Below the pieces are notes generated by a model. The model was not told the origin of the DNA, searched no databases, and saw only the letters and a list, made by a program, of their open reading frames with translations. A DNA stretch of 61,883 nucleotides, filler included. It is 5 parts of 5 records of this genome, joined end to end, with 100 filler letters (N's around TTAATTAATTAA, not from the genome) between each part and the next. Parts side by side here need not be neighbours in the genome. Positions count along the whole stretch, not along the records: positions 25,027 to 51,003 come from SRR2962707_3020; 4 more parts are not named here. One strand, given 5' to 3'. The position numbers were made by a program, and so were the translations under genes. Shown here one piece after another: positions 25,068 to 40,000 of this stretch (within the stretch, counting starts at the first letter, position 1; each line of letters starts with the position of its first letter).

Positions 25068-28000
25068 TCAACAAAACGCATCAAGCTGCATTCCGTTCGA
25101 CGTTTGGACGGCCACCGTGGGCAAACGTACCCCCATGGCGTCAACTTGGCCTCGTACAGAATGCGAGCGAAGCTCACGGCACACATCGGGCCATTCGGAA
25201 TTCAGTTCCTGTGCTCCGGTCCTCGCCAGCTGCAGCTCCCGCAATGCTTTCGCTTCACTCCCGTCTACGTTGTCCTTGCTCTGTTTGGCGTCTGCAATAC
25301 TATCCAGACTTTTCGTTGTTTCTGGGGCAAACTGCACTACGTGCTGCATGTCCTTTTCAGCAACGCCCGTGGCTACGGTGATTTGCCGCCCACTCACACC
25401 AGCATTCATGCTGCCAGGCTTTTGTGCAGCATCAACAGCAGCACATGGTTGAGCTTGATCGACCGAACTGCCAATCGAGTGGCCACAGTCACTGCCCTGC
25501 ACGGCCATGTTTGTGTTGACGCAGTTGCGTCGACGAACACTATCCTTCTGTTTGCCAACCTCCGCATTTGAATGCACATCCGATCCATTGATACTGCCAC
25601 TTTCGTCCCTCCTAATTGCGTCAGACGCTGCGTTGTCTGCCTGGGTGGCATCATTTGTCTCCCCGCCCAGCTGTGAACTTCTGGGCAAAGGTTCATTGAT
25701 CGTGTTTACCGGCAGCACTTTGCGTTTGCGGCTAGGCAGACGGCGCACCAGCAGAACCAGGCCGACGACAACGGCACAAGTGCAGAATGTGGCAAGCATC
25801 GTCCACCCTGCGAGGCACAATGCGCCGCAGTCACGATCAACACAGTCAACAGGGCACACAACACGTGCCGCTGACGAACGATCCTCCACAATCAGTAATA
25901 GACGCAGGCGAGAGTCCATGGGCACGTCGAACTCCCTGGCGGCTCCGGCGCGAAGCATTGCCCATGACATGTTGGAAGAATTAGCAACTTTCCAGGTGAA
26001 GCCGAGGCTGGATGCTCCAAGCAGCATGCGCCTGTTTTGCGTTGAGCTCGCCGGTGGTATGGAAGCTGATGCATCGAGGTCACAATGCTTCACGACGTCG
26101 TCGTCATTCAGTTCGTTGAACCAACACGTGCATGTTGCACTGCAGGTTGGGAGCTGCCCATCATCGGCGGCGACAACCACGTCCAGAAACCGAGTGACGA
26201 CTGCGTTGTCCCGGTCCGACACATCAAGCCGGAACGTATATGTGCCGCTGATAAGATCGCTGACGACCAATTCAGGGGCGGAGGTGTTCCTGATCAACGG
26301 GTATCCATTTTCGTGGTCGTTAGGCACTTGCGCCCAAGCAAATGACATATCGGACACGTTTGTTGCCACAAGTGCCGAAGTTGCAAACATTCCTGACCAA
26401 CCCAAAGACGAGTTTGGATTCTCACAATCTACGTCCGCAAACTCAGGCTGCACCAGTGCTTCTCGTTTCGGGGCGTGCACAATCTCCGTCTCCTTCATGC
26501 CAACTGTCGGCAAGCAGTTAATGCGCAGCACTTCCTCCCGTGTTTCCCACGCGTAGTTGTTGTCCATGACCTTCAGCCGAACACCCATCAAACCGCAAAA
26601 CTCTTCAATCGCAAATTCTGGCAAAAAATGTGTGCTGCTGATCGCTATGACAGGATCTGCAACAACCGGCGTTAAACTAATATTTTCAAATTGTACAGCT
26701 ACGCCAGAAACTTCAACTTCAAACTTCCGAAGCTCTCCATCGACGTCGAACGACGGGGCGGTGTCGACTTGCACGGTTTGAACTGGGTACCGAATTAACT
26801 TGTTGCTGCACAGCTGCCCCGTAGAATTTGGGGTGCTATCAGGGGCAGAAGTAACGGACGCTGGACCATCAGGGCAACGGATGTTGAACAGTGGAGTCGG
26901 GAATTCTTGGAAAGCCAATGCAAACACACTGGTTACCATAGCGCCTGATACTAACCGGCGGCGAGTGCGATCCAGGCTACCAAATAAATACCGCTGACTG
27001 CCAGATCCTGGCGTCGTGAACGACTCGTTTTGGGTGGTGGAGCATAACGCGCTGCCAATGGAGCATATATCAACACAGTACTGCCCAAGCAATCGGTCAA
27101 ATCTGTCCTCCCGCGGCGAGCAGCTTTCACCAGCATCGAACCATTTGCCGGCACACCTATTGAACACCAGTATCGCAGGGGCCTCGTCATTCGATGCCTC
27201 GTAGTCATAGTCGAGGCAAATCTCAACTGGCTTGGCGAACCGGGCAACGCCATCGGGATCTGCGTTGCTGAGGGATATCGAAAAAGCGTATCCACCGAGA
27301 GTAAACTCGGCGGACACAGCCGCCTCCAGACTCGATGCTTCATCGTCCGCGCGGCCACAAACCAACTCTGTGCCGTTAGCAAACGCCCCAGCGGGAATAT
27401 TCATTGCTCCTTGAATTGGTGGAACTGTTGCGTTAGGGTTTGCGGAAACAACGTCAAACATCACGGCCGTGTCTTGCTGGGCGTTGACTTCAATTTCGCT
27501 CAGGCCAATGAACATGCCGTCCGTTTGCATGCTCGAGCTATTGACCCCGGCCGCGTTCCATGCAACGACCTCGGCAAAGTAGGCCTCACCTTGCACTAGC
27601 GGCAGCTCGCACTCGCTCCACATGTGCCCGTCGTCGATCCGTGTCCACGGTGTTACAACGCTGCCATTAGCGACGCTAAACGTTGCTATGTCATAGGCTA
27701 CTACCGGTGCTAGCTCGGCATGTGAGTCAAACACTGCAAACAAACAATCGCCAACATTGGAGTTGTCAACATCGTAGCCGTTGAGGTCGTATCCATCGTT
27801 GGCAACTGTGATTGTTGGCGGCGTCAAATCAACCCTGAAGCCATCGGTTTCTGCAAAAGACTCCAAACCAGCGCCGTTCGTGCACGTGACTCTGAAAAAA
27901 TAGGCCCCAGCGTGGTGGAACAACGGGTATCCTTCGTCGTCCAACAGCCACACAGGGGTGTCATTAGCATTGATGTCGGTCCCGCTCTGACTGCATCTCA

Positions 28001-31000
28001 GCACAGCGCCATTGAAAGAGTCATGAACACACACCACGACTGAAACAATCCCCGACTCACTGTCAAAACACGAGCTCCACGAGACCGCCGCCTGGTCTGC
28101 AAAAGCGGTGAAATTGACGTCGGCGATATCCCACGTTCCATTTTCACTGTCGGCGGGTCGAGGATACACATCCGTGGGCCTTGTTGGCAATACTGGTGGT
28201 GTAGGGTCAAAAGTGAAACTTTGCACATCATACCGAACATTGTTGCCATTCGAGCCTTGTAAGTCAAGGGTAACCCATAACTTTTCCCCAGGCGCAACAA
28301 ACTCGGACACATTTGCCGTAATTGGCATACTGGCCACAACCATAGACTCCTCGTCTGAAGCGTTCACGCACAATGACGAGCGGCATGACGAACATTGGGT
28401 CTGCAACCCGCCAGGTGAGACCAGGTCGCTGGCTTGAACTGACTGTGACGACCCGACTACGTCAACGTCTGTACCGTACCATTCAGTTGCACAGTTCAGG
28501 CATTGGTTTCCTACTTTGAAGTGGTCAGGAGGGCAGTACACCAGTGCCGCAGCAACAACGAAAGTGCCATCCAACGACCGCTCCCACACCGTAATGGTGT
28601 CGTTCATAAACGTAACAGAGCGAGAGTCGGCGGCGCTCATGTTATGACGATACACAGTTGTTTGTAGACACGCGTTGTGATTCCCGTCCGACACAAGCTC
28701 GTACACAATATAGCCAACGTCCGACGCAACCAATACCAGCGCGACACGCTGCCGGGCACCAGCGTGTCGAGGATTCGCCGGTCGTACATCAAAAACAAAC
28801 ACTTCAGTTGCATAGGCAGCATCAGCAGGTTCGCTTGACTGCAGAGTGCACACCATGTTCAGATCTTGGCCAGCGCTGGTCCTATAAACCGCAACAAAAG
28901 GCCCGTCGGCTTTGGTTTGATTGAGACTTGGACTTCCTACTGCCAAAACGCCCTTGCTTGCGTCGCATGTGGATCCGAAACTGCTGCTGGGCACCGGTGA
29001 GCGAAGTTGATCAACAACACTGGAAACTGACGACCCACCTGTGGCGTTGAAACTGCGAACATGACAAACACAACACACAACACAGTTTCGTGCAAAATAT
29101 GAAAACTAAGTCACATGCAATTCCTGTTGCGATGTCTGGCAAGACAAAACGGTCCACCCAACGTACCGGTATAGAAAGATAGAAGAGTTGGTTGGCTGTC
29201 CAACCGCAAGGTATATATCTCCGACAACTGCTAAGCAGTCACCGAAGTGGAAACCAGACGCAGACAGACCGAAAGGACGACCAAAGTGACCGTGGGAGTC
29301 AAGAGAGGCAGCGCTCACCACGCCGCCCATATTAGATCTTCTTGACCATACCAGCCCGAAGTTCGGAACCCAAACAGTCACAAGCAACGACTCCTCCTCC
29401 AAGCGAATGCCGGCTGCTCCTGCGCCTATGTATTCACTTTCTGCCGTCAAATAATCAAGATGACAGTCAACCCAACTGCTTGTGCATGAAGGGTCGGAGT
29501 GAACGGTTACGGTCGTGATTGTTTCGTGGCCGCCGTTTCCTGAAACCACAAAAACGCTTGATCCCTGGATAGCGACAACGTTTTCGCTGACAGAAGCATT
29601 GCGTATGTTAAATTCCAATGTGTGCAGCACGGTCACCGCGGTCAATCCATTCCAGTCCAGCAGTGTAGCAGTCGCAACATCATCCTCGTAAACGACCAAA
29701 TTGACAATTTTGCCAGCAACGGTCATGGTGCGGTGCATCAAGACCGCCGAGGCCAACATTGACAGTTGCGGCAACAACAGCGCACTGCGGCTGTCAGGTT
29801 CGGATGGAATTGAACTGATGAAGTTGTCCGGCAAACGCAAAGACAGTGGGCAGCAAGGGCTCACCTCATCTTCGTAGAATAGGCTACGTTGCACATATGA
29901 GCGACGTTGGACAAGCTGTGCAAACGTTGTACCGCTTGAAAGTGCAGTGCTGTTTGCAGTTAAACTGCTGCAGTCGCGGTGCACTGACCACGAAGTCGCG
30001 TCGTGAGAATTGGTCATCAACCGCTTGAGGCACGTGCTGACTTGTGCGCTTTCAAAACACGCGTTCAAACGCTTACACAACGATGCGTCACGCGCCGCAA
30101 TACGCGCAGTCGAGAGCCAAACCGTGCTCGTGTTGCTGAGGTTGCGACTAGCCACGAATGCTGCTTCATCAACAGTAGTTCCGTTAGCCTCCGCAAAAGA
30201 GCAGGAGATCATGGATTTAAAGCGCATGGACCCTGATGTCATGCATTCGCCGTCGTCGGCCCAAACAACAACGAGCAGCAAACTACTTGCGTTGGTTTCG
30301 CTGTTCGCAGCACTAAAATGAAGGCTTGAGCCCAATACGTATGGAAGCGGACCGAGTGACAAAGGGAACTGACTGCTTGGCGACATCTCCAGGTCATTGG
30401 TACTATTGCATGGCAGCTCCGTGACTGCTGAGGCGTTGACGCACGACTCATTGACAGACTGTGTGGATTGAGCCCACAGCTGGGCAGAAATGCGGCGAAG
30501 GCGCACAAACGGCAAGCCACTTCCATTCAGTTCCGGATTCGTGGACGTAGCGTCATCCGGAATGATGGCTTCCACAAGCTCAAGCTCTGGCTCTGCCACA
30601 AAGTCACGAAATGCTTGTTCAATGCCCCGGCACGCATGCGTACTTGGGTCGACCATCACATACAGTGGGACTACTGGTTGCCCACTGAAGTAGCGCGAGC
30701 CGTTGGCTATTGGTCGCGGCAGATCAACTTCTGCACCTGCAATGCACGGAAAACCCGTACGAACTGCGATGGACGGAGACGACACGTTGCGCTCGAGGCC
30801 AGCTTTGTCGGTAGCGTGCAACACCGCTCGCGACGACGTGATATTGTTCACATCGAATGCCAACATCACCGGTAGCGCAGAATCTACAACCTCGACGTCC
30901 ACAGGTTGAAGCGCAAACGCAGGTTTCCCGTTGTCATGCAAGCACGTAAAATCAAGACTTCGCAAACTTGTAAAATTGGGTGAAGTGCGCCCCAGCACCA

Positions 31001-34000
31001 ACGACACATTGGCAGATGCGGTGTGAACGAACCCGTGCACGTGTTCGGAAAAGATGGGAACAAATGAGTCCAGCGCGTGCACGTCGTCAACAAACGTGGT
31101 AGCTGCCGCTCGAAATTCAGCCGTTCGATTAAACATATCTGAGCACGTGACATGTAGAGATCGCTTGATGCCCGCAGCACCGCTTTCATACAGCTGAATG
31201 AGAGCGGTGCTGGACGATGGAAAGGTTACCACGCCCGTCGATATCGACCGAGTCTCTTCACCTGTCGAGATCAGCTGCGCGTTGCAATCGTGGAGTTGTA
31301 AGCTGGATACCGTTGTGGACAAAGCAGCTGACACCAGACCGCTACGCCCTAGAGGCAGAACATTTGACCATGGTATCGTCTGTGTCGGCGGCAAAATAAG
31401 TTTGAATCCCGCACCTGCCGTCCCTTTGGCAGCGACTTCTGCAAAGGCGAAGGAGTCTCCCAGATGTACAACGTGCTCAAGATTTGCACGGACAGACCGC
31501 CCAACTGCATCTTCAAGTGCCAGCGAAATCACAACGGTAATATCCCACGAATAATTCGTTGTCGAGAACTGCAGCGTGGCTTGCCACGCCGGCATTTCGC
31601 CGGAAAACGTCTGACATGACATGGTGGATTCCGGGTCAGGGCTGTCCTGCAATCTTGCACACCACGTGCTTCGCAGAGAAGGTGCGCTAAGGTTCAACGG
31701 CAAATGGCCAACAGCCAGTATACACTGCTCGGTCGAGCCACTAGCGCCGCTGGGGCGAATCAAAACATCACTTACAAATAAAACTGGTTCATCCAACTCC
31801 GGGTGCCCGACCAGAATGGCAGGGCTCGTTGCTGTTGACAAGAGATCGCGTTCATTGCGCGCTTGCACACGCACTGTCCACGACACCCATCCATTCCGAC
31901 CAGCGGGGCGAACGCTGGCCAGAGGCACAACGATTGTGAAGCGAGAATGATGATTGGTTCCATTGAGTAAATAGGTACTGGAGGTTACATTCGGAGCCCC
32001 GATCGAGGAAAGGTCTGTGTGCCAACCAGCCTGGCCTGTTTCACTAATCAGGTGAACACTCAACGCCGTGATTGCTGTCTGGCCATCAAAAGCATTGAAA
32101 GATACTTCCAAGCCAGATCCAACGGCATAAAGGTGCACATTCTCGACCAACTTCTTCCCAGTCGCCGAGTCGCGCATAGATAAATTCGTTATTGCAGGCG
32201 GAGAGGTATCCAATGTACTGGCGAACTCGTCTACCACCCCGCTTGGATCACTCGCAACGACTTCGTCGCACAATGCACTGGTAAGTTCCTTACTTAAATT
32301 GTTTTGTACGACCGTTTCGTGACAGCACTGCAACGAAAAACGTGGAGCACCGCCGGTGGGAGCCCAGACATCAAGAACCCACTCATCCGACTGTGAATCA
32401 AACCAGCTAAGCTCCGCTTGCCCGCGTTGTCCGTCCACGCTCAATCGCAACCAGCAAAGCGCTGGATGCTTCCACAAAAAATGCATTGGAAGACCTTCCG
32501 CGAGCCAGGAAACTCTAGCGCGAGCGTCGAGCCCGAGGCCGCTTGCTGAATGAACAGCACCGCCCAGAGACACCGAAAAACCGTACTCTGCCATGTTCGG
32601 AGCTCTCAAGCCTGGATCAAAGCGTGAAGAAAACGCCACCGGCGACACGTGGCCAACAAAGTCATACAACCGAACAGCGGCAACCATACCTTTCAAGAAA
32701 TTTGACGCGTTTGACAACTTTAAAGCACGCTCGATGGGTAACGAGAACGTAAATGTGTGGTCGTGATGCCAGCGCCCAACAGAGCAATTCCGCACTCGCT
32801 CCAATACGTCCAACGCGCCTGCTTCGCGGCCGACTTCCCATTCAATGCACTGAATGCCGGACACGCGATCAAAACAGCTATTGCATTGAATAGAGAACCG
32901 CAGTTCAGTAGCAGAAGCAGACTCTTGTCGAATCTGTACACCAGTGATGGTGGGGGCCTCACTGTCGATCGCAAATGCCGCCGTGCATTTATGGCTTACA
33001 ACCGCCAAGGATGCGGAGTCGGCGTCGCAAACATCCCCTTTTAATACAACGCAGTATTTGTACATTTGCGCCGGCACCAGGGGGGATGTGGGCAATACCA
33101 CCGCTCCAGTAGTGTTGATGACGTAGGACTCCACCACCTCGTCGTCGACAACCTGCGTAAGTTGCACCGAAGCGTCAGACCAGGAACCAGCCGGCAGGGC
33201 CACGTACAAGCTCAATTGCGGTTCTAGCGACGAAAAAAAGGTCGTGGTGACACGCTCGATGCCATCGACAGCCTCATCCAAAGACACAAGCGAAGCGTTT
33301 GCCACCGGGAGAGGTACCGCCAGTGCTTTGAATTCCTCGGTACAGACCTTCCCTTCAACCAGGGATTGGCAAATGAGGCAAGCTTGGTAATCATACCCGT
33401 CCTGCAGAGGGGTCGACTCCGCCACAATTTCGACCTTACCCACAAGTAAATCTGGACTGTCCACCGCTACACTCGCTACTTGAGACCCCAATTCACTCAC
33501 GCTCACAATGAACGCGCGGCAAGTCTGTGAAGCAGTCACCTGGTCCAAAGGTTTCCAGGTCACCGATATTGCAGAAATTTGGCGCGTACAGCTACCCGTG
33601 AAGCTGGTCACTATTGTGTCTGGCATACTGACGGAAAACAGCTCACTGCGCAAATCCACAAACCGAGTCACGACCACCTGCGCACCGACAGCATCCACTG
33701 CGCGCAAAGTTACTGTGGCATCCAGCATTGACTCATTGCCGAAATGTGCTACCAAGATGCCTGAATCCATGCACAGCCGTTCGCGATACACCGTGGTTGC
33801 ATTCTCAAAGTTCCACACATCAAATTGTCGGCACTCGATCGGGTCAGCGTCAGTGAACTCAACGGGCCACCTGACGCACACCTCGTACAATGATGTTACC
33901 GTAAAGCTGTCAACAAACGCAAGCCACTCAACATCCACGCAAGCGCTGGTTCCTGCAGCGTTGTTACTGCTGCTCTGCACCGCGACTGTCGACGAGATCG

Positions 34001-37000
34001 CAATGCCAGTTCCGTCGCTGCCGTTTGGCCGTGCCAGCACGGCACTATACACGGGTAAGGCAGGGGGGGTCGTGTCGACAACAAATTCGCGCGACGCAAC
34101 GTTGGCAATGTTACCAGCCTGGTCGCGTACTGCGCACATTACTTGGTAGGTTTTCCCAGACTCGGTAAAATTACCGCTGCCAGCAAACGTGACTTCCAAA
34201 ACCACGGCCGTGGAATTCTTCAAGCCGTGACTTGAGCTATTTCGCGCGGGAAATACAGCATTGGCCTGCTCCGCAATCGATGTGTTCGTCACGTGGTCGA
34301 CGAGACTGCACTCGAAGTTGGCTACGCTCGTTTCTTCATCACGGATGGGACCCAAGCGGACTCGCACATACTGATCCGCGCGCAGCGCGTCGAATGCGGC
34401 TGCCCCGACAGAGCGTGGCATCACTGTTGTCACGTTGACAACAACCAGAGTGTCCACAACTGGAGGCGAAGAGTCGATCACGATGGCTTCACTGCAGACA
34501 GTCGAGTAAAGTCCACCGTGGTCGTAGAACGTCACACAACCACGGCACTGATGCGCTTGTGGTAGCAAAAGCTGGCCTGGGAAAGACCCAGCAAAGCCGG
34601 AGCCATCGCCTGAAACATGCACGCCTTCGGTGGTGGGCGGCAAAATCGATACATATGCAACCGGATCAAGGGCCGATGCACACTCTACCGACCAATGCGT
34701 AGCTTCCCTGTCCAACGACACATCGTGCGGTTGCATCCACGAGACAAAGAAACGGTCTAACTCAGCTTGGACGGCAGATTGCCGAACTGCGTCAGTGATT
34801 CCAGCCAAAACTTGGGACGCCAACGGGGGTACTGGGGCCTCACAGTCAAATAGAATGGCCGTGGACACCACAATAATCTCTGGGCCAACCGATTGCTGAG
34901 CAAACACTGTTGCGTAGGCAAACGTTCCAGAGGTAACCTCAGTCGTGAAATTCGTCAGCTCGACTATCAACGGGCTACTCCACCGAAATAATGATGTTTT
35001 GTTCAAATATTCACCGGACCCTTGAGAACGACCTATGCTGAACGCGACAGTCTCAACGGTTGTCTCTGGGTCGATTAGCCCGTCAACTTGCAAAACGACA
35101 CGATTACAGTCGGAGGACACCCACAATGATGATGATGCCGATTGCGGGGGCGTCACAAACCCGTTCGAGGGCGCTGTTGCATCTGCAATGAACGATGCAT
35201 CCAATGCAATTAGAGAGACCGTTTGATTCATCATATTTGTCACATCCACGGTAACTAGGTAGGGCACAGAAACGTTGTTGCACAAACTGGTGGTGTTGAC
35301 GGTGAGGGTCAATGCATCAGGCTGAACGGCAAAAGCCATGCTGGCCATGCCCCGGCCGTCCGTGTCACTGGCCCGAGCATGAATGGTCACCGCTGACACC
35401 CCAGATTCCCTGTCTTGGCAATCGATCTGCATTACTTGGGCATCCGCGGATGTTGGGAAGCTCTCGAAGCCAAACACGACAGGCGCCGTATCATCAACCA
35501 TAACAGCGGATGAAGCACCTTGCGCTATTTGTCCATCGTCGCGACTGATGCCACGGACAGTGACCCTGTAGCTTCCTAACCAAGACTTCGAACCGCTTCC
35601 AGCAGAGACAGTGTCGAAACACACAAAGTAGTGAGATGAATTGCCGTCAAACACCCCAACGTCAAAAATGCTGAGGTTGCGCAACGCTGGTATTGCAAAT
35701 TGCTCAATGTCCCTGGCCAAAAGCGGTGGCGCCGTTGAATATCCCATCGCAGTTGTGTCAGTCGCGTGGTGTGCGTTGGTGGTGCGGTTGTTCGCGTCAT
35801 CGCCAACAGGTTGGCCAGCGGAGATTCCTCCAAATTGCCATGAATAGTCAAAAATAGAGGACGTTGGGGAAAATGGCTCCCACGACAGGCAGGCGGCCCG
35901 CGCATTCGGGTTGAAAAAGACGCTCTCGTTGCGAAGGCTTCCACCAAAGCTGATGCGTCTGGCAGCGACCTCGACGATCGCAATGGACACATGCGCTGAG
36001 ACAGCGTCACTAAAAAAACCCATGCTATTTGCGGCAGCTACCGTCAGCGTGCAATTATCTCCAGCAAATAGCGTCTGCTGTGCAAGCTTGACCACGCGAG
36101 CACGCGTGAACATGTCAAACACGTGTTCGTATCTGCTTGAATTACCGCATTCAAAGCTCCACACAAACTCAAGAAATTCAGCCATCTCACTGTCCCAAAA
36201 CACACCCTCCCAACTCAATGTTAGCTCAACATCGTCCACAGATAACGGAAAATTCGGTTGCATGTAGTGCTTCGCGGGCAGCAGCAGGGAAACAACCGGG
36301 TCGACACCTTGGGCGGTGGGTGGTGTCAGGTCGCACAAGACAGAGTTACTATGCACAGTTGTGGCCAAGCCCTGGCCATTTGTCGCGATCAGAACCAAGT
36401 TGTACAGTCTACGGTGTTGCACCAGAGCCGTCACGTTCACCGAAAACCCTGTCCTGAAGGTGGATTGTTGGGAAAACGTCGCAACGCATTCATCTGGTGC
36501 CGTACTCGCAACAAGGCACAAAGACAGTGACGCAAGCCCAGACTCCGGATCGCTGACGCTCCAAAGGGCGTCCAAAACAACAGTGTTCGCGCTGCTGTAC
36601 ACTAGGTTTAACGCCAAAAATGAAGCATTAGGCGGCGTTGTATCGGAAACAAATAACAGCTGGTTCGCGCCCGCTTGTGCATTTCGTGCGTAGTCTACGG
36701 CAACCACCGACATTTCATACTCAGTTCCCTGTGTCCATCGAAACGTGACCATGGTGGAAGGCGCTGTTGTTGCCAAGGTGAACCGGGTGCGGAAGCCACC
36801 GGAAATTCCGCGCTGCCGAAGCGTCCAGCGGTACTCTGCAACTCCGACTCCGTCGTAGCAAGTGTCGGGCACGCTGAACACTTTCGTCTGTCCAAAGCTG
36901 TTGGTGATGCTCACATTCTGCGCGGTGCACAGTGGTGGCGTTTGGTCGAGGCCGAACGCTGTTGTCGCGTCGATCCAGGCCGAAGGCCAACCCACACCGT

Positions 37001-40000
37001 CAAAGCAACGAAGACGGACAATGTATGGAACTTCGGTGTCCAATGCGGACAATGTGTCGTTCGACAAGACCACGGTGTGGGTCGTTGCGAGTGCGTTCCG
37101 GACTGGCACCGTCTCGCATGGCACCACCGGCACCGCCGAGACGACATCGCCATTTCTGTCAAATACGCACAGCTGCACGCGCGCGACTCCGGATAGATAA
37201 TCATAGGCACTCACGGTAACTTGAATGGCACCGCCATTGAAGGGATTCACCCAGCGTACACTGTTGGCGTCCGCTGCATCACCCCTGGCGCTTGTAAGAA
37301 CGGCAAACACGATGATGGGGCCGGAAGCGTCGACTCGGACGGGCTGTGAAATGGATGAGCTTTCTAGGCCAGCGCGGTTCATCGTGCGCGCGGAGAGGTA
37401 TATCGTAAACCCGTCAAGTGAACTTAAATCCAGACTGCCAGAGCCAGAGCAGTTGTGATCGAGGTTAATAACACTTGTTGTTGGTGATGCCGAGCTGCGC
37501 CACTGACAAACATCGTCGCGAAGCCCCGTCGTACCGAGTGCTAATTTGACGGACGCGATGCCGCTTTCGCCATCACGACACGAAACTCGCGTTGGGATTG
37601 ACGAAATGTTCCCGGCAAACGAGGCGTTTTCGTTGGCAATACGACAGTGTGGGGGCGTTGTGTCCATCACAAACCAACTCTCGAACGTCCTGTTGAGCAT
37701 GCCAGAGCTGAACACCGTGGCACTGACGCGAAACTTGGGCCCGTGTTTGGCAAGACCATCAACAGGTATGGCGGTTGCGTTGATGGCTGTTGCAGAAACC
37801 TTCTTGGTCAGCAAACAATCTCCAACTTGTTGATTGTGCGGCTGTCCCTCCTCTTCTGAGATGCAAACAACAACACGCCCAAGCCCAGATTGTTCGTCAA
37901 CGCAATTCCAAGCAAGACGCAAAATGTCGGAGGAAGTGACAAATGGCCCAAGTCCGAGTTTGTTGCTCTCCACTTCCGGGTTCAAGGAACAGGTAGGAGC
38001 AGAAGTGTCAACCACAAATCCATCGCTACGCACCCAGTCGCTGGAAAGTCCTGCCGCATCTACCGCCCGCACCCACGCGACGTAAGACAAACCTGGTCGC
38101 AAATTGGCAGGAATGATAGCGCTTGTCGTGTTCGAGCCTACCGTTTTTCGCCAAATTTGGGTCTCAAATTCGGTCGTTGCGGCAGTAGCCGTGCTCACAA
38201 GGACGGACGCTGTGGAGTGCGTTGCCAACGGCGAGACAGTTGTGACCGCCTTGTTGGAAAGTTCGACAGCATTCGCGACCGACGTCAATGGTTTTGCCAG
38301 CTCTGTTGTGGTGTTGTAGGCAGCAAGTTGGTCGTCACGAAATAGCTCGGTGAGTGCTGACTCAAGCTGTTGCGTGCTCGTGATGCTCTTATCCGCAATT
38401 GTGACGTCGTACAAGTCGACACCTGAACCGCCAAGGTAATCGATCCAGGGCAGCCACGACACGACCGCAAACGCCACGACTGCTTGAACGTCAACATCCG
38501 CCGCCCTATCCAGGCCATCGGTGACACTGGCGAACCCTGTGGCATGTGGTGCATGCACATCGCATTGTACAGGCACGGGAGTTGATACGCGCGATGAAAG
38601 CTGTTGGGCGTTGCTGACGGAAAGAGTGACAAAGTACCTTTCATTATGAAGCGCCCTGAACGACACGTCCCACGAGCCGTTGATACTTGTTGAACCAGGT
38701 GGCACAGGCAACGTCGTCGAGGCGACAACGTCGCAAGAGCCAGCGTACCGGCCAACACAATAGCTGGCACTGCTTATCATTGAAATATCTTCCGCGGCTT
38801 TGTACCACACGCTCAGGCGCTGCGGCCCTTCTTGTGTAATAAACGTGCCTTTTTCTGCTGGTACCCACTCGACGGACGAAGCTGGTGGCGTGATATCCAC
38901 CGTGTATAAGTCAGGTACGCACGATACAGTGGCCAGCCCGGCCTTGTCCAGCGTTTCCGCGCAAACACGCACCGACAACCCATGCACTTCGCCTCGTGGC
39001 ATAGGCAGCGGAACAAGACCGCCGGTTGCGGCAGCACTCACCTCGATGCATGCGGTCGACGACGATTTGGCTGTGGTGTCTATGCCTGCGGCTCCGCCGT
39101 CCGAACCCATGAGCTGAGCGCACAGTTGTACAAAATCAATCCCACTGTCAACGTCAACTGGTGCTGCAGGCCACACCAGCGACAGCATGTCGCCAATTGT
39201 CGCTGGCGCGATGGCACTATTGATTGTCGCATTCAAAGCCGGCGGCTCGACCGTGTCAACTAGTACGGCCGGCGCGCACCGCGCGATGTACATCCCGCTT
39301 GCAGCTGCGACTTCAGTCGGCAGCATGCCCTCGTTGCCGTAGGCTGTGTCGCTCCACGCGCGCAAGCACGTTTGATAGGTTCTGCCAGATAAGAGATCCA
39401 CTCCTTCAATTTGCCACTTGTCGTAGAGGGTGCCAACGGCCACCCACTCCTTGGCGTGGGCATGCAGTGGGTCCCACGTGGAACCCTCTACTCGACCATC
39501 GCGACTCATTGGATTAAATGCCGGATCCGTGGCGGACGTGACAAGGTACTCGATATTGGTCACCCGATCTGAGTGCGTTTCGAAGAAGACGTTGGGGAAT
39601 TGAATGCCCAGGAACGCAGACGCCGTCCAGTACTGCACATTAAAAGGCATGCCCAGGTTGTTGACGATGTTGCTGGGGTCGGCCGCTGGTACCCATGGGT
39701 TCCACATGATGCAGTGGCTGTGAAAAACAGCGGTGTTGCCGCTGAAATCGGTCAATTCGACGGTCACGTACAGCGTGCGGCCCGGTTCGAGAACAGAGTA
39801 CGCAGGCACGCTGGCAACATGGGACCCCGGTTGGATGGTGCGGAAGTCCTGCGCATAGCGAGTTGCACTAACGTTCCAGGCCAGATCCATTGGCATGATC
39901 TCGGACTCCCACATGCTCAGCCCAATGCCGATGCGCACCACGTCGATACCACTTTCGTCCACGCACGACAGGTAATGCGAGATCTCGTCCGGTCGCACTC

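Noticed and set aside
25507-26556. 349-aa plus-strand ORF, plus similar ones (50016-50852, 33508-34149, 9084-9767, 56677-57228)
   Set aside because: Antisense shadows of well-supported genes, with no recognisable motifs.
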